Positions 36,330-45,610 of a DNA stretch of 45,610 nt are shown here, in pieces; positions within the stretch are counted from its first letter, which is position 1, and each line of letters begins with the position of its first letter. Made by a program: the position numbers and the translations under genes. Under the pieces are notes generated by a model that did not search any database, was not told the DNA's origin, and worked only from the letters and a program-made list of their open reading frames with translations. Source of the DNA: Atractiella rhizophila (lineage: Eukaryota); the NCBI GenBank assembly GCA_021432655.1, contig MU271331.1, forward strand, positions 4,902 to 50,511, read 5' to 3'.

Positions 36330-39300
36330 GGATTAGAGAGGATATGAAATTCTGCGAGGTAGATCGACTATTCATAGGCAGAGGAGATAGCATGAGAGAG
36401 AGATAAAAGCCTAAGATACTGTAGGCAGCCTTCCCACTGTTCACCTTGAACTCGGAAATGGCTACCGAAATCCACGCCTTTCTTCTTCAATTTGATCCTC
36501 TCGTCGTGCTCACTTCGGTTGGCATGTCGTGGGTCTTTGCCAACCTCATCTACGCGTTTGCAACATCACGCTTGCATCCTCCAAGCAAGAAGCAGAATAT
36601 TCCTCCTGTCTCCCCTCATCGTTGGCCGCTCATAGGATCCCTTCAATTCCTAATAAGCCCATGGCACTTCGCACAAGACTCTGTGAAAAGCTTGGACTCG
36701 ACGATCTTCTCCTTCAACCTGACAGATCGACTGTTCATCACGATGGTAGGAGAAAACCTCAGAAAGTGGATGTTCGAAGCAGGAAAACAGTTTGACCTCG
36801 AAGCGGGTACGAGTTTCTGTTGAGACTCGCTCCCTCGGTAACTAGTTTGTGACAGGTCACAGAGCGTTGGTAGGAATACCCGATCCTGATAAAGGAATAG
36901 CGAACGAAACTCTAGACAATGCAGAAGCAAAAATACCAATCAAGAGACTCGTGGCAATGATTAGGTTGACATTCTACTAAATAGATAGAAGTCTCTGACT
37001 TCAAAGCTGAGATAGGCCAGATAAGCTTGAGGCTGCCCTTCCACAATTTCTGGAAGACATCGACAAGTACTTCCAAGCATTGCCAGATGAGGGCATTATG
37101 GATCCGTACGCCCATTTACCAATACATGGTTCAAGGTCTAAAATCACTGCCAACAGCTTCGATACTCTATATTTTATCATCTTCAAACTGATAGTTCGTA
37201 TCATCGGCTGCAGAGAAATATCAGAAAACGAACCACGACTACGGAAAGTCGCACGCCTCTTCCTTCAGCTGGAATCTCCAGTTGGGTAAGGGTATCCCTT
37301 TTAAGTTTATCAGAGAAATAGTAACCGTCATCTTGCAGTGCCTCGGGTATTCTTTTTCCTTGGATCCCTTCGCCAGCAAAGATTATGAGGACGATAGCTG
37401 GAGCTCGACTCTACTTCATTTTTAAGGGCATCATTAGTAACCGCCGTAAGACCGGTGTGGTAGAAGACGGTTCGTGAACGCATATATCTTCAGCAAGATT
37501 TAATCAAGAAGTAGATCCTTTACAATATCTCCTTAGTTGTGGAGACGACGAAATGACCATTGTGAAGACGGTTCTGGGGACGTTGTTTGCAGGTCAAACC
37601 AATTCAGGTATGAATTCACTTCTGGATGATAAATCAAAGTAATGCGACTCTAGGCATCCTTATTGGCTACACGACAGTCCTGATGCTTCAAAACCCATCT
37701 GTCTTGGCTCAAGCTCGTAAGGAGGTCATCGATTTGAGTCTACCCTACAGGGATGCATCGAACTCAACTGTTGACGCCTTAAAATGTGTACCATTGAGGG
37801 AATGGGAAGATGGTCTGGAGACAATCGATTTAGTGCGTCATTTTGCCACGTCAAGATAACAAAGTCAAAATGGTCCAGGCACTGAAAGAAGGCATCCGTC
37901 TGTTCTTGACCGGTCACGCATATCGTCAAAATAATTGAACGTGATTAAACCGTGATTGATCACTTGTCGCGGCAGTGGGGGCTAGTCGAAGTACTTGCCA
38001 AAGGCATTCCGAGGAGGAATTGCAATATTGGTGATGACGGATTTGAGGACGGACTGATACCCCCCCCAGGTAAAGTGAGATCCCATGCTTGATAAACGAA
38101 CTTCGTACCTACATTTGAAGCAGCAAATTTCCACCATCAGCCACTGTGACGAGGGGGTAAACAGCCGACATTCATCCAGGGGATGGCGGAAGGAGGAAGT
38201 TTGGTCAAGCTCCGCAACCCCTCCTCTCCCTGCATCTACAGCCAAGGATTAGAGAGGATATGAAATTCTGCGAGGTAGATCGACTATTCATAGGCAGAGG
38301 AGATAGCATGAGAGAGAGATAAAAGCCTAAGATACTGTAGGCAGCGTTCCCACTATTCACCTTGAACTCGGAAATGGCTACCGAAATCCACGCCTTTCTT
38401 CTTCAATTTGATCCTCTCGTCGTGCTCACTTCGGTCGGCATGTCGTGGGTCTTTGCCAACCTCATCTACGCTTTTGCAACATCACGCTTGCATCCTCCAA
38501 GCAAGAAGCAGAATATTCCTCCTGTCTCCCCTCATCGTTGGCCGCTCATAGGATCCCTTCAATTCCTAATAAGCCCATGGCTCTTCGCACAAGATTCTGT
38601 GAAAAGCTTGGACTCGACGATCTTCTCCTTCAACCTGACAGATCGACTGTTCATCACGATGGTAGGAGAAAACCTCAGAAAGTGGATGTTCGAAGCAGGA
38701 AAACAGTTTGACCTCGAAGCGGGTACGAGTTTCTGTTGAGACTCGCTCACTCGGTAACTAGTTTGTGACAGGTCACAGAGCGTTGGTAGGAATACCCGAT
38801 CCTGATAAAGGAATAGCGAACGAAACTCTAGACAATGCAGAAGCAAAAATACCAATCAAGAGACTCGTGGCAATGATTAGGTTGACATTCTACTAAATAG
38901 ATAGAAGTCTCTGACTTCAAAGCTGAGATAGGCCAGATAAGCTTGAGGCTGCCCTTCCACAATTTCTGGAAGACATCGACAAGTACTTCCAAGCATTGCC
39001 AGATGAGGGTATTATGGATCCGTAAGCCCATTTTACTAGTACATGGTTCAAGATCTAAATGCCAACAGCTTCGATACTCTATATTTTATTATCTTCAAAC
39101 TCATTGTCCGTATCATCGGATGCAGAGAAATATCAGAAAACGAACCACGACTACGGAAAGTCGCGCGCCTCTTCCTTCAGCTGGAATCTCCAGTTGGGTA
39201 AGGGTATCCTTGATACGTTTATCAGAGAAATAGTAACCGTCGCTCGTCTTGCAGTGCCTCGGGTATTCTTTTTCCTTGGATCCCTTCGCCAGCAAAGATT

Positions 39301-39850
39301 ATGAGGACGATAGCTGGAGCTCGACTCTACTTCATTTTTAAAGGCATCATTAGTAACCGGCGTAAGACTGGTGTGGTAGAAGAAGGTTCGTCAAAAGCAT
39401 TTATCGTCAGCAAGATTTAATCACAAAGCAGATCCTTTACAATTTCTCCTTAGCTGTGGAGACGACGAAATGACCATTGTGAAGACGGTTCTGGGGACGT
39501 TATTTGCAGGTCAAACCAATTCAGGTATGAATTCAATTCTGGATGATAAATCAAAGTAATGCGAGAGTAGGCATCCTTATTGGCTACACGACAGTCCTGA
39601 TGCTTCAAAACCCATCTGTTTTGGCTCAAGCTCGTAAGGAGATCATCGATTTGAGTCTACCCTACAGAGATGTATCGAACTCAACTGTTGACGCCTTAAA
39701 GGGTGTACCATTGAGGGAATGGGAAGATGGTCTGGAGACAATCGATTTAGTGAGTCATTTTCCCAGGTCAAGATAACAAAGTCAAAATGGTCCAGGCACT
39801 GAAAGAAGGCATCCGTCTGTTCTTGACCGGTCACGCATATCGTCAAAATA
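36019..39850. repeat. ~1.9-kb head-to-tail tandem duplication (36019-37933 and 37934-39850)
   Basis: Both units start ATTGAAYGTGATTAAACCGTGATTGATCAC and end GGTCACGCATATCGTCAAAATA; they are colinear throughout with scattered substitutions and small indels. Confidence 0.97.
36458..37938 (+). pseudogene. Truncated cytochrome P450 copy lacking the heme-binding C-terminus
   Basis: Same exons as the downstream copy through ExxR (KEGIRL), then ...HAYRQNN* with TGA at 37936-37938 created at the duplication junction. No heme Cys. Confidence 0.85.
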
Positions 39851-40375
39851 TCGGGTCAGACTGTCCTCTTCAAGTCGAGGACAAACTGTACACTTTACCG
39901 CACAAAGCCATCCTCGTATGTGTTTCCTTCAGTTTCTGTGAGCCAGAACAAAATCTAATACGGCATGACCCAGGCATACCCGCTCGCTGACGTTCACATG
40001 GACCCGAACATCTATCCCAACCCAATGGATTTCGACATATCGCGATATTCACGTGGCGAAGGGTCGTCCATCCCTTACGGCTATTTGGGATGGGGAATGG
40101 GACGACATCCATGTCTGGGTGAGAGATTTCTGTTGCGTTTCATCTCATCTGAAGAGTAGCTAAGAGTTATACGGTCAGGGATGAGGCTTGCGAAGTTGCT
40201 CGAGAAACTCGTCACCGCTTTCTTCATCGCCAACTTCGACCTCGAAGTGGTGACCAAGACTGGCGAACCCAGCGACTTCGTGCCTCGTCCTGACGTTCGA
40301 GTGCAGGGGACGAGGCCGCCTAACGCACAGGAAAGGGCGAAATGCCATATCAAGTACAGAAAAGTTAAATCTTGA
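38374..40375 (+). CDS. Cytochrome P450 (CYP51/CYP7-like, GWGxGRHPC heme motif)
   Basis: N-terminal TM anchor and Pro-rich hinge, I-helix LFAGQTNSG, ExxR KEGIRL, HMDPNIYPNPMDFDISRY and heme motif YLGWGMGRHPCLGMRLAKL. Confidence 0.93.
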
Positions 40376-42392
40376 TCGTGTACTCCAAATTAACTCACTT
40401 GTTACGAATATGTACCACTGGACAGTGGGTGAAGGTGACTAACTGTACATACTTTGCTCTGATTATTCGATAGTCTCATCGGGCAGAATTGAAACAAAGA
40501 TAGCAAGTAGATAAGATGAGAAGCTGAAAATACAGAATGACGGCTCAATTTTTAACTTGCTGCACTGACTGCAGCTGTCTAAGGTGTAAGCTTGCCGTGG
40601 TGATGCGACCTTTTTTTTTTATGTATTGCCTATCACCCGTTTCAGGTTGCCGCTTCACATTCATTTGCTTGACATTTTAGACAATCATGTGAGGAAAAGC
40701 GAACTACAGGTCCACCATCAGTACGTGGCAGGGCAACAGTATTTCGACCGCCCAAGCTAGGGGGGATACACGGTATCCATCAGTTGTAAATACTTGCTCT
40801 CTCATCCTATCCTTGAGTCGGTGTTTTGCCAAGCCACACAACAAGGTGGTTTGACCACTAAAGGATTTTAAAAAAACATCACCGCAGACAATTGAAGACT
40901 TTTGAAAGGCGAGACGCACAGGCATAACGCAGAACAAGACCTTCAGTCTATCCATGGAAGAGGGAGAGAGAAATCCTCTCCTGCATATACCGCTCCTCCG
41001 CATTCAGAACAGGCTTCCGCCAAAAGAGCTCAAGCGCTCAAGCATTCGCAATCGTTGACCCGTCGCCGATGCACTTATTTTGTCCGTCAAGGCGACAAGG
41101 TCGGGAGTAAGGTTGTGGAGCGACGTGGATCGTCAGCTAGTGTTTTGAGGGCAATGCTACGCTGGAAGAGCTACCAATAGTCCCGACTAGGGCACATTTC
41201 ACCGCTCCTCGAGCTTTCACGGTTCATCAACTTCGATCCATACGTCGTATTCAAGGTATTAACAAACGTAAGCACCCCGTGATCAATCCCAGGCCAGATA
41301 GAGAGAGGGCTCTTTCACGGGTCGATGAGAGCGATTGGCGCCAATTGGGGCTCGGTTCACGAGCGTGGTAAGATGGAATTTAAGACGAAAAGAAGTATGA
41401 AGACGACGATGAGATTTGGTTTTTGTGGATGACTCTCATTGTGATCAGGTGCCATTGCATCGATTAAAGAGACGTGTGACGAGAGCAGACCGAGTATGTA
41501 GAAGGACGGGTGCCCATCTCGCCATGGTCTCCATAGCTCCTGTTCTAACTCTTAAGCGAGCCGAACGGCACTTGCAGCAAGTAAAATCAGTTGGAACGGC
41601 AATAAAAGTCGCCTCGCTCGTCAGCACAAGCAGACAGGAATACACAGTCCAGCGAACCAGAAGGATTGTTGAAGATAAACAATCCACTAACTTAACTCAA
41701 ATATTTCTCCATCTTAATGAAGGGATCCATCTGAATGTGAGCGAGTTGCAGAAGACGAATTCTGGAACCATGCTTCCTCCTCTCGCCATTGCTTCGGCTT
41801 CTCGAGAACATTAACTGAACAAAAGACTCACTTTCGAACGCTACATTCACTGAGTTCAAACCACCAAACAGCCATAAATCCCCGTATTGTACCCACGCCC
41901 GGTGATCCGACTCCGCCGCCTTTGAACGATTTAGCGCAAGTGCGATGCGATAGAGTACTTCCATCTAATCAGTTTCATCACCATCCTGATCCCAGCTCAG
42001 CGTCCCCGCCTCCCATCGACTATCATACGGCAGCGAGCGATACCATAGATTCTTCACAGGTTCTTCGTTCATCTTCGTGGTTGTTGTTCTCAACGTGAAA
42101 TCGCGTTCGCATCGGCCGACCGGTTGGCTGAGTTTTCAAATCCTTCCCAACTCAACCCAGCCTCCTGCAAAACACGACCGACTTCTCTCGCCTGCATACG
42201 CTCATATTTAGATTATTGCTGCTATGTTCGCTAGGCTGTAGGCTGGTTGGATGGCAAGATATCTGTGCAGTGTCAGCTGCTGAGGTCATATACAAGCAGC
42301 ATCTCAGGTCCGTCTGTCTCTTTTCCGCTTTGCGGGTGGAAGGTGACGACTACGCATGCGTATCTATCAAAGACAGGAGACAGGAGAGCATA

Positions 42393-45300
42393 ATGTCGCC
42401 CCCACCGCTCTCTCCCTTTCAATCTCCGTCCCAACTTCCCCCATCACGCGAATCCTCACGTTCGACCGCCACTTCCTCTTCCATCAAAGAACGACGCAGG
42501 CTCTCCCTCTCCCTATCGACCGTCTTCAGCCCACACTCACGTCCAGGATCCGTCTCCAGCTCTGTGGAAGGCGCAAAAGACGGCGAGAGGAAGTTCAACA
42601 CCGTTTCTTCCATATCCACCAACAGCTCTGGATCTGGGTCTGGTCTTGGAGAAGTTGTGGGAGTCGCGAGAGGGCGAAGGACGGTGTTGGGGATGGGAAG
42701 AGGGGAGAGGAGCATGAGCGACCCATGGGGCTGGGAGATCGAGCACAGCCAACTCAAACCGAACACTCAACCCCAACCGTCTAACGTTGTCAACGACAAC
42801 TTGAACGTCAGCGCCGAGGCGGCTTCAAACGGCATAGCCAACGGCGAAACAAGGGATGACGAGAAAGAAGCAGGTTCCCAACTGGGTCTGATGGGAAGGA
42901 TGCGAGCTAAAGTCGGAGGCAAACCACCGAGCTCCTACAAGGTGCCGTATCTCGTACTCTCCATCGACGCCGGGAATAGAAGTAGGACTACCTCCACAAC
43001 CTTGGCTTCATTGTCGGGCTCCAGGTCAAATACCCCCACCATGCTCACGAAGAGATCCTCAATACAGACCGTCCCTTCCCCTCTGACCAGTTCTGCTTCC
43101 TCATCAGTCGACATCAAACGTTTCTCCTCTTCTCCCTCGCCTCCTTTCGCCCCCCTCACGCTCTCTCCTCCTCCTTCGCTGATGTCCAGATCGACCTCTC
43201 CAACATTCCAACCTTCTCCCATCACCTCATCCGCTCCAGGTCGAATTCCCTCTCCACTGCCCTCCCCTCTCCACCTGTCTCCCCCAAGTCACCACTCTTC
43301 CCTGTCAACCCCCGCTGCCTCTCCCGCCCTCTCAAACCGAGTCTCCATGCTCTCTTCTACCTCTGGCCTTTCAGGTACATCTTCCCTCCTCGCAGATCCA
43401 CCAGCAGAAGCAGTCATCACAACTGCCCGCACGACGTTCGTCCGCAGGGCGACAGCACCGACATCTGTTCCTACTGTCAATCTAGGGACTGGGACTGGAA
43501 GTGGAGTTGGAGGTGGAAGATCGACTTCGGAGCAGGTGAAGGGAAAGAAGGATTTGGAGAAGGAGGGCGAGGATTGGCTCCCTCAACGGTTACGGAACGT
43601 TCCCATCCCTCCACTAAGCGCCAACACCTCAAGTCCGACCACATCCTCACACAATTATACCTCGATTTCCGCTGCGAATTCTCCCGTCAATCAGTCCTTC
43701 CCTGCCCACACCTCTCATCCCAACTCTAAGGGAAAGGAGAAGGAGAAGGAGAAGGAGAAGGAGAAAGAAAAAGGGAAAGAAAAGGATCAGAAAAAGCCAC
43801 CAACCTCGTTTGGGCTTTCACGACCGAATGGAAACGGAAATGGAATGCCGATCGTTGGGAAGGGACGGACGACGCGGAGTGGAAGCGCTGATGCTGGGAC
43901 GAGAGGAACGGGGGAGGAGAAGAAGGGATTTTGGAAACGAACGAGGGGAGGATCTATTGGACAACTAGCTTTTCTTGGATACTCTTCCTCGAAAACTTCA
44001 GCTTCTACATCCTCAAATGCTAGCGGGAATGCGAATGCGAATGCGAATGTGCTACCGTTCGGAAATAAGCCAAAGTCGTCAATCTCCTCTTCGGTGGAAG
44101 GGAAGGTGAGGGGACAGAGCAACAATTCTTCGTTTACTTCGCTCCATGCTAGTATAGAGAAAGAGGTAGGAGGGAGAGGGAAGATGAAGCGACTTTTTGG
44201 AGGGGGAGGCAGGGAAGGAGGGATATTCAAACGTCGGTCTCCTGCAGTCGGTGCGAATGAGAATGGGATGGGTATGGGGGAGACGTCGACGAACGGAGAT
44301 GATGACGAGATGGAAATCATGGACTCTTATCCCGATCTTGCAGCCGAGTCTGTTCAGTCGCATTCGCATTCGCATTCCATCTCCCTTTCCATCTCCCAGT
44401 CATCCGACGGCCATCCTCGCTACAGTTATGACATGGAGCCCGATTCACCTCATCCTTCCCTCGATGGAGTCGTTGTGGGAGGAGGAGGAAAAGTTCTCGC
44501 ACAGGAACCCATCGTCTCTGTCGACGTCCTCCGCTCTCTCGATTTGGATATTGAGCAGGAACAAGGGGAGGGCGAAATGGGAGCAGGGGTGAAGCGCACT
44601 TTGTCCACCCAAAGCCAAGGCCTGGAGAATGGCCTCTCCGCGCCGCCGAGGAGGAAGAGGACAGGGGAAAGGATCGGCGTTAGACCTGGTTGGTCGAGGG
44701 AGGAGAGGGAGAAGGACAGAACGGTGATTACGTACGCTTTACCGCCTCACTCTCTTTTCTTTCTGACTTAAATCATTGATATGCTCTTGGTAGAACGGAT
44801 AAGTGGCGAGACATTTCTATCACTATCAATCAAAGACGGGAGGCTCAGGCTGAAGGGAAACGACGTGGAAAAGACGTCGGAGAGGAAAGTAGAGGAGGGA
44901 TTCGGTTGAAGGCTTCTGACAGTGGGATTGGGGGAATGGAAGAGGTGGAATTTGGGAAGAAGGCTTCGATCGGGTCTCTTAACTCTAGTGGGACTGTCGA
45001 AGAGGACGAATTCGATAGGACCATTCCCTCGAGAAAGAATAATTTTAATCACTTCCCGACTGGCATGGACGAGTACGAAGGGGTGGGGTTGGGCATACAG
45101 CTCACTCCTCCACAGAAGAGACCGACTGTCGTGACCCGAGATTTGGGGAGGAAGGAGAAGGCGGGATTCCATAATTCGAACCCTGAGCTTCCGAGAAGCT
45201 TGACTCCCACCCTCAGAAGGCGGAGAGGAAGCAGCGTCCACGAAGAAGAGGAGGATGACTCGTTTTCGCTCTTGGAGCGAGAAGATGAGGACACGGCGAG

Positions 45301-45475
45301 CGAGGTTAGTGAGAGCGATTATTCTATCTATGGATATGCGAGTCACGGCGGAAGTCCTTGGAGCGAAAAGGGTCTTCCAATCGGTGGGCGTTGGTGGGGT
45401 GGTGGTGGTGGAAGGCGAAGGGATAGCGAGGAACAAGAACGGGAGGAACTGGAGGTCCTTCGACGTCACCGATAG
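42393..45475 (+). CDS. Large intrinsically disordered Ser/Pro/Gly-rich hypothetical protein (about 1000 aa, 2 exons)
   Basis: A ~780-codon first exon from ATG 42393; GT-AG intron 44732-44793 joins it in frame to the ORF ending at 45475. Contains (EK)n, (NA)n and (HS)n runs. No domain recognised. Confidence 0.8.
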
Positions 45476-45610
45476 TCTACTCACCTCGTGGAAGAGATTT
45501 TCTTGGTATTAGTTTGGAACGGCAACGTTTGCTTGGTTAGGATTTGATATCTTCAATTAATTTGGCTAGACCGTTTCTCTTTCAGTCCTCGTCTTGTCTG
45601 TACCCAAAAC

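Noticed and set aside
40400..42200. Short ORFs and a T10 run (40611-40620) as a retroposon or pseudogene
   Set aside because: No target-site duplication, reverse transcriptase or transposase motif, or coherent reading frame.
43730..44380. GAGAAG, GCGAAT and TCGCAT hexamer repeats
   Set aside because: These are ordinary coding microsatellites giving (EK)n, (NA)n and (HS)n in a disordered protein.

Overview
Intron-rich fungal genomic DNA, most likely a basidiomycete (mostly 45-70 nt GT-AG introns with CTRAC/CTGAC branch sites, compact intergenic spacers). I can support about 20 protein-coding loci. These are a salicylate-hydroxylase-like FAD monooxygenase, malic enzyme, class III alcohol/formaldehyde dehydrogenase, an HNT2/FHIT-type HIT hydrolase, a PEX11-family protein, RAD14/XPA, NDUFAF3, a Git3/cAMP-receptor-like GPCR, ERG28, MDM38/LETM1, a GPI-type chitin deacetylase, RPN9, a partly tandem-duplicated cytochrome P450 and several low-complexity hypothetical proteins. 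The most unusual element is a minus-strand gene at about 26.3-29.4 kb which, spliced by hand, encodes seven degenerate homeodomains in tandem (mixed TALE-like and typical), none with the canonical Asn51. Other oddities are an apparent AT-AC intron in the formaldehyde dehydrogenase gene, a GC-AG intron, 9-15 nt micro-exons at catalytic motifs, and a 682-nt intron in RAD14. There is also a 1.9-kb tandem duplication leaving a heme-less P450 copy, two homopolymer frameshifts in the chitin deacetylase, and a possible CUG-initiated mitochondrial HNT2 isoform. No rRNA, tRNA, CRISPR array or intact transposon was recognised. All gene models are manual and have no transcript support.
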